A stretch of DNA of 64,000 nucleotides, from the NCBI GenBank assembly GCA_000182565.2, contig KQ257451.1; one strand, 5' to 3'. The stretch is from Spizellomyces punctatus DAOM BR117 (Eukaryota). This document shows, in pieces, positions 13,565-26,557 of the stretch. A program made the translations under genes and the position numbers. Under the pieces are notes generated by a model. The model did not search any database, was not told the origin of the DNA, and was given only the letters and a program-made list of their open reading frames with translations. Within the stretch, counting starts at the first letter, position 1, and each line of letters opens with the position of its first letter.

Positions 13565-15256
13565 CTACTCACTAGATACCCTCAAGGGCGTCAGGTACTC
13601 TTCCTTTACAAATTTCTCGGTCTTACATGACTTTTCATAATCCTTGGGGATCATGCGATCAACGTGCTCCATAAACGCATCTAGAGTGCACAGACTGTCA
13701 TCTCCCTCCCGGTGTTTGCCGACTGGAGCACATGCAGGGATGCGGAGTGGTTGACCATTGTAGAGCATTCGGACATAATGTGGTGGTGGATTGATACCGA
13801 CCAGACGCGACCAGACTGATCGTTTGTGGGATGCTTCTTCAAAGAGTTCAAAATTTACCTAAAGCGGCGTTAGTGAGGTGACTGTTAAGGTGGGACCTGC
13901 GCGGTGTGGAAGTTTTACCATGGCCGCGAACGGTGGGTAGCGTCCGTCGCTGACCTTGAATGCTGTGAGCAGAGGACCGATGGTTCTACATAGAGCAGGT
14001 GAATACACATGTTGCAAACGGAAGTATTATACTGCTGAAAACATAAACAATCAGCCAACTCACGTATCATGTGCGGAATATATGGCCAACTTGACAGGAT
14101 CGCGATTACGAACTGTCTTTTCTATCCTTGTTTTCAAATCGGAGAGCAGACGACCGATAGCCAAACTGGCCACATGCTCTGAATTCTCACCTGCTCCAAA
14201 CCTACTCTTGCTTCATCAGAGTCACCTCCTCTAGAGAACACCTTGTGTGTCACCCACCATTGTCTCATCGTAATGCTCTCCAACTCGTCCATATCTCTCT
14301 GCGCAACCCCCTTGGGCAAAGGCAGACCGTGTCCTTGCATGCAGGCAAAGATATCATACAGCGCATGTATTTGTAAGAGGTGAGGTTTGTCGATATCCGT
14401 GCCGAGATGCGACAATCTTCTCAAGAGCATCTCGGTCTCCTTTTTCAAACTGGCTTGCACGGAAACACGGAACTGTTTTGATACAGCATTGAGATAACTG
14501 CAGTTTGGATGTGGGTACATGGTTTCGTTTTTCATAGATCTGACGTGTATTGTGAGATTTGCATCTGCTTCATCCACTCGTGCAGGGGGAGGGTGCAGGC
14601 CATCCAACAAGTACTGGAGTGATTCGATGGTACGCGCATAATCCGTGCTTCGAAGATAGACACGTTTATGATAGTCCTGGCCCATCGTCCCTTCTAGGAG
14701 ACCCAACTTTTCAACATAGAGCTTCCGCAGGTTGATCCCAGCCTCCCTCATGGTCTCTTTTCCTTTATCTGTGAGCTGTCCCTGAAAACAGTCTCCAGTG
14801 CGCACAGCAGTCTTTAACTGGGAAACCGCTTGCATTTTTTCAATGTCATGGTCTGCCGGGTTGAGAAGAACACGATTGAAGTGGGGTGGGCGCTCCAGGG
14901 GAGGAGTAACTGAAGGGTTCAATACTGTAAGGAATACTCAAGCGGAGGAGGGGACCCTGCTTTCGTCATACCAGTATGTTGACTCTCTTGTAAATCCCCG
15001 CCAACTACGTACAACGCATGCAGAAAGGGAGTCAAGTGGCAGCGGTTCCACAGCCCAGGTGCCTGTATGTTTGCAAAGAATGGATGTGCAGGGCTACGTT
15101 GGCCTGGGGGAGGAGAACATTCGTAAAGTAAACAACAGTAGATCTCCATATGAACTCTTTCTCACCATGCCTGTGAACAACTTCTACGAGCTTAAGCTTC
15201 AATGATGGAGGGTAACGCTCTGCAACGGTCGCCTCATCTGGCAGTGGAAACGGCAT
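13565..15256 (-). CDS. Histidine acid phosphatase (ACP6/lysophosphatidic acid phosphatase-like)
   Basis: VVHRHGE catalytic motif, GQLTDKG, RSTDYARTIESL, YSAHDT, and C-terminal C...CTLDAF. Confidence 0.9.
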
Positions 15257-15626
15257 CTTGTTTAGATGATGACCTGTTCGACGGTGACACTCTGAGCCGA
15301 CACTCACGAAGCTAAGCCACGTGTTGCTTGTCTGAATCTAGTTGTTGGAAACTCGGAAAACTGAGAGGGACTTAATACCTTGAGGATCGCTATTTAATTC
15401 TGCCATTTTATTTTTCTCGATATTGACCATGTATGAACGTACACAAATGGACATGCCAGCAAGGCGGTGAAATGCACAATGGTGTACACCGCAAACATTC
15501 CAGCATTCTTGTTTATGATGATGTTCCATTATCTTTACTGCCATGCCTATAGGCAATTCAATGTAGACAGCTGTCCTCTTTACTTCATCTGCTTCTTTGA
15601 TCCTACGATTACCCTGGATAACTACT

Positions 15627-17849
15627 TTATGTTGGAACCCGCCACAGGCTTTGAGGTACCAAGAGAGGCTGAACTAGCTTCAGGTGCTGCGTCTCTATGA
15701 GACTATCCAGGGTCAGCGGAGTCAGCTGCCTTTTGGCTTTGTTGGACGGAGTGGATGATGTGAGAGATGCTGATCGTGCTGAAAGCATGGGGGTTGTGGT
15801 GCGTGTCGACGTTATCCCTTGCGATTCCATGCTGGTGCTGTATATCGATGGCGTGGACGGCGCTGGTGTACTTGCTGTGGAGGCACTTTCCGATCTGTCT
15901 TCTTTGAACTCGTCATCAGAGGGCTGAGAGTCACTGTCACTCAATGAGTGCATTGAAGCCTCCTCTGAACGATTTTCCGATTCTGACGGCGCATCTTGTT
16001 CATGTACTTCCGGCCGCGGTTCATCGATGATGGCCGTAACAGGTCTCTCTTGTTCGAATACATTAAGCTTACCCAGACTTTTACGATCACCGCTATCCAA
16101 TCTCATTCCCGGACTATTATTACTGACATTCATAGCATCAACTTCCTTGGCGCGAATCGAGCCGCGATCACCACTGTGCCGATCCTTGCCAATAAAATCT
16201 TCCACAGCCACCATGCCGCGGCGCGAGGCGGATACAATGGCTCTCGTAATTCCTTGAATATGCTCCCGCTCCATTCCTGAGCTGCCTTCTTCCTGTACAT
16301 CTTTCTGAATATTGTCCGTATCGGCTGTTTTGAGACCCCTTCTAACAATGATATCATACTCGCGATCCAGATCATAAGCAGCAATGTCCGATCGGTTGTC
16401 ATCTGCGCACATAATCTCAGGATCAAGCACGCTACTATCATCAACCTCTTCGTCTTGCTCAGAATCGGCGGATAGCAGCCGATTGGAGACCTCTTTATTT
16501 CTGATCAGGCTATCTGCCATTCTAGTGAAGCGATAAAGGTTGTGTTGATACTTGGACTACAAATGGGGATATGGTGACTTTGAGATCCACAGAGAGACAG
16601 TATATCAAGTACTTACATCATGGGTGAGCTTGACATCGTCTTCATGCCAGACCTGCTCAGAAGACTCTGAGAGCTTAATAGGTCGGGTGAGAGACGGCAT
16701 GGGCGGAATCGGAAGGAACGGGGCTATGAGCTGAGCTTGGCCAGTTGGTTTCGCACCAAAATTGAATTGAGATCTTCGCTTTTTTGAGGTCCTTTTCTTC
16801 TTCTTGAGTGTACTAGGCCGCTTTGGCACTGGCTTCGATACCTTGGGTGTAATTGGCATCAGAGGTGTTTGGACCGTTTTATGGTCCCTGAAGGCCATTG
16901 CCCCTGGAGTTAAAAGCCGACCAAAGAGAACTTCGCGAGACGGTATCCGGTTAGCGAGAGACGTTTGCTCACTATCGGCTGGCAGCCGGCGAAGGTGATG
17001 CGGATGTGATCGATGCATCTGTTGGACGATCTCTCGATACCAAGCTGCTGATGTCCATGTTGATGGCACGAGGTTTCTGTAGGTTTGTGGGCTTGTGGGT
17101 AGTCGCGTAGGCAGCTTCTATCCATGCTCGCCTGCGTTAATGCCAGTTACAGTATGAACAAAGCTGCCACCTTAACTCACCTGTCGTTCTTGAGCGATGT
17201 CTTCATCCTTTTTCCGCGCTAGGAGTCTCTCCATTCTGATCTTTGATCTTGCCGCATGCTCCATAATCTCTTGTCGACGCTGTTCTCTGTACTCGTTCCT
17301 TTTTCTTTCCAAAAGCGCTATAATAGCTTCTGTATGGCGGAGGCGATCGATTGACTGGGCTGGATTTGTAGAGCGACTTTTTCTCAGTTTGGGCGCAGGG
17401 CGTCCAGGTATTCTAGACGGAATTAACCGCAGTCTGTTGGATATCTTTGCATTAACCAGTTTAGCCCATAAACCTGCATTACTGACAATGCTTTATACCC
17501 ACCTCTCTTTGTATGAGAGCTTTTCAGCCGGTACCTCCACCGGGCCAGACTGCTCGGTATCTTGGAGGTTCTCGTTGTCATCATTTTCCAAGCTAATCTC
17601 CGAAGTCATAGCTCGGGAGCCGAAATGTGACCCCCCAACGCTTTCGCTTCCAGCTTTTCCAACATTGGGAAGCCCAAATGCTAGTGATCCCTTTGCAGAT
17701 ACCGACGCTGCGAGTGCGACACCGGGTGTGAGAGTGGATGCAAGGGAGAAGGTTGAAGCCTCCAAAGACCGACGGAGGTTCTCAACCGGATCGAGTTCAG
17801 GACAAACCGGTAAGGAGGGCGCAGAGATCCCAACCCGCTTCAACGACAT
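15627..17849 (-). CDS. Hypothetical low-complexity/coiled-coil protein, multi-exon
   Basis: Consecutive minus-strand ORFs joined by GT-AG introns, with a charged coiled-coil segment and an acidic/Ser-rich tail. No recognised domain. Confidence 0.6.
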
Positions 17850-18390
17850 TGCTGTTTGTATTGGACACGACCACCAAAGCAAAGCGATTTGCAAACCAAA
17901 GCTGAGTTATGCCGTAAGCAGAAGCCCGTGACGGGTTGTTTTTGCGGCGCCGATCTGTCGGTCCGATCGATCAGTTCGGGGAGAAAGCGGAGGGGCAAAA
18001 ACCACCCACCAGGATTTGCAACTTTCATTTCTTGATCCGATCCAAAAAAACAGCTCTCGTTTCGATCGATCAGCAAAACTCAAATTAATGCGCGATCCTT
18101 CAGACAAAACATTGGGAAAACAACGTCTGTGGGTGGTGGAGATTTTAGAAGGTTGGCAATGGTCATTAGGACAGCATCCAGGAGTGTTCTTTGAAATCGA
18201 GAATGTAGAGCACGTTTATTAGAAAATGCATCAACGATTCAAAGTCACTATTATGAGCGGATGCACTGCCGCTGAGAATGAGCTTAAAGATGCCGATACT
18301 TGTCAATCACCCCTAATACTTGTTAATACGTATACCTAATTGCAAGAGACCCCATACGTCATCTCTATTGGCTTGCCGTGAAAGGCCAAT

Positions 18391-20004
18391 ATGGTTTTTT
18401 CATCAGTCGCCGTAATGATATCTTTGTCATCCGTCACCATGCTTCCTCAAGAGCTCCTAGAGTACATATTTGTACATGTCAGCGACCCGCAACATTTGGT
18501 GCTAACCTGCAAAAGATTCTTCATCATCGGTCAGTCGGCATCCATTCGATTACGATGGTTGAAGCATCAGTTTCCATTGCTACCAAGGCTGCACGAGTAT
18601 GCTGCGTTTCAGGTATTCAGGCAGCAGAGTGGATATAAGAATATCAGCAGAGTAAAAGAGCTGGTACGACATCCGGTTCGGCTTCTTAGCGATGCGCTCT
18701 TGGCCAAAATGGTGTTGGCGTTCGATTTTACGGAAACGGTGGAGAATACGACAATTAGGTTGCTTGACCAGGAACAAGTCGACTCGGATCTAAGGAAATC
18801 GCATACAGCAAACTCTACCTCTCAACTCTTTCCTGCAGAATGTTCACTACCATCGACGAATTCAGACAGCCGAACCGTCGTAAACACGATCTTAAGGTTC
18901 TCGGTCGCTGTTGGGTACTCGCACACCATCGAGGCGATCCTTCACCGTCATGCATGTCAACTTACCGCCAAAGAAATAGGTATCGCTCTTGCGTTTGCGT
19001 TTGCCAGCGGAAAACTTTCTTCCATCCATCTCCTCCTGGACGAACTTGAGATGGGATCTATACAGCAAATTGACATAACGGGCGTGGACGTGGCTTTCGA
19101 GATTTTCTATCACCTTGTGACGGATGCAAGATTGGGCAGCAATGCTTGTACTCTGGTGAAGCGTTTGCTAAGAATATTACCGGCCGCTCATCATGTGGGA
19201 ATGTTGGACAAGTGCTTGTACTGGTTCTTGACAAGTCCTCCCGTTAGTAGGAAGGGATTAGTGTCGAAGAACTCGGATCTTTCGTGTCCATCGTACTCTC
19301 TTTTAGATATCTTACTGAACATCCGATGTCGCACCTACCGCTCCCACCCCCAACAGCTCCCCCTTACCTTTGGCCAATTATCTGAATCAGCCTTACTTGC
19401 ATTCCTACAGTCAACCTTTAATACCAAGCTGCTGGATATCACGGATCCTTTCATTCGATACGACCTCCTTCAAGGCATACTTTGTCAAGATCGGGAATAT
19501 TGTCTACGATATCTAGTTCAAATTCAGAAAATGGACCCGAGATTCGACAGCGATTGGTGTCTCAGGTTTGCGTGCATGTCTGGGAGCATTGGATGCACAC
19601 AGTTCCTGGTAAACGAATGCATGGTTGATGTGGCCGTTGGAGGAGGCTTGGTCATCCGTGAAGCTTCCGCGAGCGGGAACGGCGAAATCCTTGGTCTGCT
19701 GCTGAGGAACGCATCGTCACCCATTCCAGTAAAGATACTCAATGCATCACTTATTATCGCCGCTGAAAACAATCAGATACGAACAAGCGAACTGCTGCTT
19801 CAATACGGAGCAGATCCGAGAGCAGATGGCTATATGCCATTGCGAATAGCGATATGCAGAGGTTATAAAGAGGTGTTGGATGTGCTTACCCGATGCGGTG
19901 CTGCTTCCTCCATGTATGGGCAAGGGGAGAAGGGAGTCATGGATCAGGTTGTTCATAAATTGAATCTAGGACGAGGGAAAGCGATTGACTTTACATCAAC
20001 TTGA
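18391..20004 (+). CDS. F-box + ankyrin-repeat protein
   Basis: N-terminal LPQELLEYIFVHV...LVLTCKRF (F-box-like). C-terminal ankyrin repeats LRFACMSGSIGCTQFLV, LIIAAENNQIRTSELLLQYGADP and PLRIAICRGYKEVLDVL. Confidence 0.8.
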   Translation: MVFSSVAVMISLSSVTMLPQELLEYIFVHVSDPQHLVLTCKRFFIIGQSASIRLRWLKHQFPLLPRLHEYAAFQVFRQQSGYKNISRVKELVRHPVRLLSDALLAKMVLAFDFTETVENTTIRLLDQEQVDSDLRKSHTANSTSQLFPAECSLPSTNSDSRTVVNTILRFSVAVGYSHTIEAILHRHACQLTAKEIGIALAFAFASGKLSSIHLLLDELEMGSIQQIDITGVDVAFEIFYHLVTDARLGSNACTLVKRLLRILPAAHHVGMLDKCLYWFLTSPPVSRKGLVSKNSDLSCPSYSLLDILLNIRCRTYRSHPQQLPLTFGQLSESALLAFLQSTFNTKLLDITDPFIRYDLLQGILCQDREYCLRYLVQIQKMDPRFDSDWCLRFACMSGSIGCTQFLVNECMVDVAVGGGLVIREASASGNGEILGLLLRNASSPIPVKILNASLIIAAENNQIRTSELLLQYGADPRADGYMPLRIAICRGYKEVLDVLTRCGAASSMYGQGEKGVMDQVVHKLNLGRGKAIDFTST

Positions 20005-20296
20005 TGATTGTTTTTATGGAGAAATAAAAGACTGGAAGCTTGAAAACTAAAGGAATTAACAGAAAGCAACTGCAGGCTTTAAGTAATATTGCAACATCAC
20101 GTGTCCCGATCATTGTGTAACACCTGCTGTAAGCTCTAAGCCTCACCTGGCAAACTTCGAGCTGTCAAACTCAACTTCTTGCCTCGCTTCACAGCCGTCC
20201 ACCTTACTCAGACAGTGGGTACGTAGCAATTGAAATATATATTTAGGCCAGCCATTCTGTCCAATATGATCTTCATTTATCTCGTTGTTTCCAAGC

Positions 20297-23200
20297 ATGC
20301 CACGAAAAGAGTTTCAGCAGGATGTTTCCAAGCTGCTAAAGCTTCAACAAGCGTTTGATGAGTCGTCTTACCTTCGAGGTACCATCAAATTCTACCACTC
20401 TCCCTTCAGCCACATGTTCCTATGAGAGTCTGCTCAAGATGCTTGGTTATTGAAAACACATCATCAGGTCTAGCACGCGGGGACGAAGATGGCATGCTGG
20501 TTTTCCGCTTCCATTATGCAGGTCGCCGCCGCGTGGACGTTTCTCTAGTCTTTAATGGTACATTCTCATCTCATTTGACCCAAATTACTCCCTGGTGGAC
20601 TGACTTGTTCTCTGGAGATCTGCACACGTATCCGGACGGATGCTCAGGTTTTTGCTTTCTGGATGATTCGCATGCGGATTTTCGAGCTGCTGGCGGTAAG
20701 TTATTGATATGAAGTAGAGCATACGCATGCAATCTATTGATTTTAGCTTTCCGGTGTAGCCGCAGAGGCTGTCGCAAATGTACCCATTTCACGGCAGTCA
20801 ATATTTCAATGCTTTGAATCATGTATTATTCGGTTGTGTGACATCTTCAAAACTCCTTCGGATCCTCTTCTGAGGATATTGGCAAAAGGAACGGAAGCGT
20901 CCAATAGTGAGGGGCAGGTTGAGCGTGGTGAAGTGGAGACTTTTGAAAGCGACTCGAGCGACGACGATTGCAACTATGGTTCGGATCTAGATGACTCGAT
21001 TAGTGATCTCAGCGGCATATCAGACCGGATGCGCGAACTGTTGTTGAGAGATGTCAATGAGCTGATCAGCTGCGGGTACAAACATCAGGGGTATTTAACC
21101 TGGCCTGCTGAAAATGGGTATGTCCGTGAAAGTTGGTGTATTCATGTATATGTGCTTCATCTCCTTTATTGACTCCGCTTAGCTTTATTTTGTACAGCAG
21201 TATCTGGATACAAGAATTAGTGAACTCTGGCATTCTCACTCAGGATCAGTGTCTGGCATGGAATTTAGAACCATCAAAGTATATGTTCATGCTGATGAAG
21301 TTTGGCCCAGAATATATCGAAGTTCTAAGAAAGGTGCATATTGGAATCAGTGCGGTACCGATCCATTCTGTGAGTCTTTAATGCTGTTTGTTTATTTCAG
21401 GACAACATTTCGTATATAAGAGGGTGCGTTAAGCGTTAAGTCAATTAAGACATTTGGATTCGCATTTACTGGAAACGTATATGGATGTCCAGGATGGACA
21501 CTAACCCAACAGCGGCCTACCATCCGCAGCCTCTAGTTGAATTTCGGGTCGTGACAGGAGATGTACCCTCCCTCTCAGCTACAGACGGCATCGGCATGTT
21601 CCAAGCAAACACCGCAAACAACGACCACTTACGCCTGCAGAACAAGACCAGACAGGAGACACGCAGGACGATCTTGTCACCCTTCTTTTTATCTTGGTCT
21701 TTGGCCGACATTCTCAACAGACGATTCCTCGTGCTATTGTCGTATAGGCTACAATTTGGTTTGAATTGGTGTGTGCGGTTTAACCACGTACTTGGTCTGG
21801 ACTTCCAACTTAATCATTGATTCCATTCTGAATAGGGCTGGCGCCGAGCTTATGTATGAAAGGCGCAATGCTATATCCGGAAATCAGCCGGATCCATGCT
21901 TTCCGTCCGGAGATCCCCATACTAGATCTACTGATTGGGACCTCTGTCGTTCCGCCGATGCACAAGAGCTTACTTTCATCCAACAGCATCGACATGCAGA
22001 TCAGCTCAACTCCCTGTCTGCGGATCCAGCTGATAGTACGTCAAAGTCCAATCGGTTTCACCATTATTTAAACTTTCCCTTGCTCGCTCTTCGCTATGTT
22101 ATCCGCCGTCTGGCTCTGGCATCACGATTTTGTCTCGTGTGTCATCGACAAATAAATAAAGGTCTGTGCGATGCAAATGACCAACTTTATGTCTGATTCT
22201 AAAGTCAATCGGTAGAATTCGAACCTTTGAAGCCTTTTGTTTGCGATTCTGCGTTATGTACTTATCAGTATTTTCATCTTGGCTTGGGAGCATCCATCGA
22301 GCAGGAGGTAATACTCGAGCTTATCATTTCTATTGCATTGCGTATCAACTTGATCCTCGATCCAGATTATCCATCATCCAGGAGTTGTGGATATGCTCGT
22401 GTCGTTAGCATATGTGGCAGCGGCGAACCAGAAACTTGACCCTTTTCCGCATGGCGTTGGTTATATGAAGTTTGCTGTGCATCCGAACGCTGGCCAAATT
22501 TTATTGCGCGAGGGGAACTTTCTGTCTGTTCAGGTTGAACCCTTTGTTCGGCTGGCGGTAGGCGACATGATTGAGGTGACTATTCCGTGGATTACCGCCT
22601 TGAGAGTATAGGCGTTTTATATTGGTTCACTCGCAGTATTGTTATCAAGGCCAGAATTTCCGAGTCAAAGTGCTTGCAATCGACGACTATCTTGAGATCT
22701 CGGACGAGCTACCGATAATCAATAAAAGATCAGTGTCCTTTCAAGATCAACAAATTCCCTTCAAGATTATCGAAAATCACTGGCTCGGATGGCCGATAAG
22801 ACAAGCTGGGGCCGTACGTGCACACGAGCATAAGCTCGTGGTTCAGACCTTGGATCAATTACCTCCAATCAAAGACCTACAAAACGCTTTGAATCAGCAG
22901 TTGGTCACCGGATTCATGCAATCAAAATGGAGCCATCAAACGGAGGCCCAAGAAGAAGACAGTATGAACGCCAATGTGCTGGACAGGGAAACGGAGTCGA
23001 AGCGGCAAAAGATGCCCCAAGATTGTCCCACAAAACAAAGCCCGTCGTATGTGGACCGGGGAAAATCTTTGACATTGCGGTCGACCCTGGATTCCATCAA
23101 TCGTCTACTGTACCCACTTCTGAGGTGGATCATTTGCAGTAACCGTAGTCATGTCAAAGAACTGGTAGACGATAAAGAGAAGGTTGCAGGTGTTGGGGTT

Positions 23201-24476
23201 GGTTATTGGCAGGTCAGTGAACGATCATTTCAATCTTATCATACCCAGATATGCTAGAACGTGACTTTGCAGTTTAAAATGGTCATGAGCAATCCTGACA
23301 AAGAGGAGCGATTTTTGAAGGAGCAAAGAGCGCTAACAGCAAGAAAGCGTAAGTGTTGGATTTTGCAACTGCAAGATTCAATACATCTCTACTGGGAGAA
23401 CACTGAGTAAACTGTCAATAGATGTCAAGAGCCTTTGGGCGTTTCACGGTTCGTTCAAATGCCTGCCAGTGGACTCAAGAAAGTATACGATAACCATGTT
23501 GAGCAGGCAGCCCACTCTATAATTGGCACAGCATCCTACGAACCGGACTGAATTTCAACCAGTGAGTACCATTCTGAGTCGGACTACCCACCACGAAGGA
23601 TATTCAAAGTAGCTATTACCAGAATCGTTCACGGCCGATCATATGGACACGGCATATGTAATGTCATCATTCTTGCATGCGAATGACTATAAGAAATAAC
23701 ATCTATCATTCTGGCAGATCACGCCTTTGAGTCTGTAACCTCCTTGGGGTATGCCTCCCGCAGCTCCGGCGGATGGCCAGGATCCAAAACAGGAATCAAT
23801 CTATGTCTGAGTTTGAACGAGATTGTGAATTGTCCAGAAAACTTCAGTTGCACGACCCCATACTTGTGAGTTTACAACTGTTGATGAATCAATCAATCTG
23901 TAGCCATACCTTACTAATGTAATTACCATCCTCTTTTTAGGGTTGTTCCCAACAGTGAGGAAAATCGTCGATTTTGTTGCTTATCGGAGAGCTCATTAAC
24001 CTTTTGCAATTACGCTGATACCGCACGCAGTTGATTGGGTACAAACCCGCTTTTTGTTCGTTCGTCGAAGTTATTCAGGTACTCCGTCGCAGCTTCACGC
24101 AATGTTAGCATACTGATCTTAATTGATGCGCGCATTGCTAGCTAGTGAAACGGCCTCTCAAACCGAAAGTCTAGATCAACAATTTACATGCGAAGCAGAC
24201 GGAGTCACCTATGTTCCCATGAATGTGAATTACACGCCTTCAGATGGATACCAGCGTCCGATTCGCGTCCCTTTGTCCAGCGCGATAGCTCCAGTCCCTG
24301 AGAGTCCGGAACACAACTTTGTGGATCCAGGGTTATTGCAACTTGCGAAAGAAGAGGAAGCGCGAACTCGACGGAATGTGAAGCGTCAGCGGTCTGTCGA
24401 GCCCGTGGACGTGCTCCATGGAGAGGATGACATGGTGAATTTTAATGCACGCGCACCGAGCAAGCGGGAAAAGTAA
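20297..24476 (+). CDS. PARP6/8/16-type (mono) ADP-ribosyltransferase, many small exons
   Basis: Manual splicing gives AFHGSPLYNWHSILRTGLNF, HGRSYGHGIY, LNEIVNCP and PYLVVPNIDWVQTRFLFV. Upstream Cys motif FCLVCH...KPFVCDSALCTYQY and YPLLRWIICSNRSH. N-terminus MPRKEFQQDV. Confidence 0.85.
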
Positions 24477-24860
24477 GACGAAAGTCAGAAGGTTGACGAT
24501 GGGGAAAGTGTATGATCGAGTTTTGGCAAATGTTAATGATGAGGCTATTTAAACGTAAGAGTTACGACGGAGGGATGCGAGTCATCAAAAGTTCTGGCAC
24601 AGTGGTAGAACCACCTGTATGATTTTGGAAATAGCATCAGTTTTTGCATGAAATGATGGACGTATGTGTTTGTACTCTATTAGCTTGAATCTGGCGAAAA
24701 GCAGTTAACTATCACAATTTATACATAACAAGGGGGATTGCCTGTCGCAGCGTCAATGCGATCATGGCTGCTCGTTGCATTGAATATGATCTCCCAGTAA
24801 ACATATCTTTGTGAAATGCGACATGCATAAAGTTGAGCCCAACATAAAAACATAATTGGG

Positions 24861-24867
24861 AAAAAAA
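24861..24867 (-). terminator. Pol III oligo-T terminator of tRNA-Phe
   Basis: A7 on the plus strand (T7 on minus) about 20 nt downstream of the tRNA 3' end. Confidence 0.6.
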
Positions 24868-24888
24868 TCCCGGCGTCTTGTTGTAGAT

Positions 24889-24961
24889 TGCTCCCTTCGT
24901 GGATTGAACACGAGACCTTTAGATCTTCAGTCTAACGCTCTCCCAACTGAGCTAAGGAAGC
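24889..24961 (-). tRNA. tRNA-Phe (GAA), intronless
   Basis: Reverse complement GCTTCCTTAGCTCAGTTGGGAGAGCGTTAGACTGAAGATCTAAAGGTCTCGTGTTCAATCCACGAAGGGAGCA is 73 nt and folds as a cloverleaf with anticodon GAA and A/B boxes. Confidence 0.97.
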
Positions 24962-25171
24962 TGTTGTTCTGCCCCTGAAAATCAAAATTAATGAGCATAA
25001 TCTTTTTCCATTGAGTTTGACGAAATGGGGAACGGCAGTGACTGTCTGGACGTGAGGCCATGAGTGGAAGTGTACATTTCCTATTGTAAATACGACCAAA
25101 ATCTGTGCTATGATTGTCAATATTTCCTTCAAGGCCTACTCCCTAACGCAGCTAGCTAGCTAACTAGCCAC

Positions 25172-26246
25172 CTACATTTCATACAATACGATAAAGTTCC
25201 CTTCCGTATCCTGACATTCAGCGATAGTGCCATAGTAGGTCTTGTGTTTAGGTTTGAGCACCTTTCCACCAGCGGCAACAACTTTCTTTTCAAACTCTTC
25301 GATGGGCTTGGCATCAAAATACAAGGTCGGACTAGCGACCTTTTCGTGATCGGCGATAGGCTTGGTGTTTTGTTGAGGGAAGCCTCCATCAACTTGTGAA
25401 ATTTACTCGTCAATAACAAGTATTATGGCATATAAAAACGACAGACAAGCTCACCCCAGCCCCATTCACTGTTCCTCGGTCCAGAGGAGAATCCGACATA
25501 CTCCTCGGCCCACTTGGACACATTCCAGCCAAAGACATCTGCATAGAATTTTCCAGCCCGATCAGCATCCTTGGCAGGGATTTCGACGTGACAGAGGTTA
25601 CGACCGGTTCGGGGCGGACGCGCATTCTTCTCGTCTTTCAGGTAAGCCCTGATGGCTTTGTATACAAAGTCCACCCAGCCGGCTTGCAACCTTTCAGCGT
25701 CTTTGGAGGGAACATTGATGTGGTTAAGTACCACTCGTGCACCGCCATGTGGACGGGGGCTGATGGTGGTTACGACTGTCGAGGAAGGAACACTTGGCTC
25801 CCAGTCTTCCAAACGCCATTCTTGAACTATCGATGGGGTTAGACCCTTATAAGCCGGACATATACTTATACGGCCCATAGTTACCAATAAGCTTGTTGGG
25901 CACCAAATGGAGGATCTTGTACCTGCAGAAGCCGTCTCCTGCGATCCAGTCGTTACCCACTTCCAAGTTTCCTATTATATTTCGCAGATAAACTCAAGAG
26001 TCGTGGCAAACATTCTCTTACAATTCTCTACATACCTTTCCACACTGCGGTACCAAGTGCTTCCCCATACTTTTCTCCGTTGGTAAGAACCTCATAAACT
26101 GCGGCGGGGGAAACACCAAAAGCTTCGTCCACGAAGAGGTCAACCACCGTCTCCTCTCCATCTGCCGCAATCTTCTTGACAGGCGGTTCCCCGTCAGCCT
26201 TGGCCTTGGAGGGAGAGTCATTTGCGCGCTTGCCGGTTGCCGTCAT
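25172..26246 (-). CDS. AHSA1/SRPBCC domain + VOC (glyoxalase/bleomycin-resistance) domain fusion
   Basis: Spliced SPAAVYEVLTN...LVPNKLIVQEWRLEDW...VVLNHINVP...LQAGW (Aha1-C/SRPBCC) is followed by HVEIPAKDADRAGKFYADVFGW...KVVAAGGKVL...QDTEGNFIVLYE (VOC). Confidence 0.85.
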
Positions 26247-26557
26247 GGTTATTGCAACTAATACAATTTCACTGCGATGTACTGCTACGAGTGGAAGCCG
26301 TCAACACAAACCCCCTGCCAGAACACTGTTTTGTGGGGAAGGAGGGGAAGGCACGCTGTGCCGCGTGGCGTATGGAGATCTTTTCGACATACTGTTGCAA
26401 TATGGTGGTATCTGCTTTAAAGAACATTGGCAATTGTGCAATTGTGTAGTGATCTAGTTTGCCATACGAGCGGGATATTTCGCATATGTACTTTCACGCA
26501 ATCCAAAAGTTTTGTAAGGCCAAATCACGCGGGAAGTCAATGTCCAAATGACACTTG

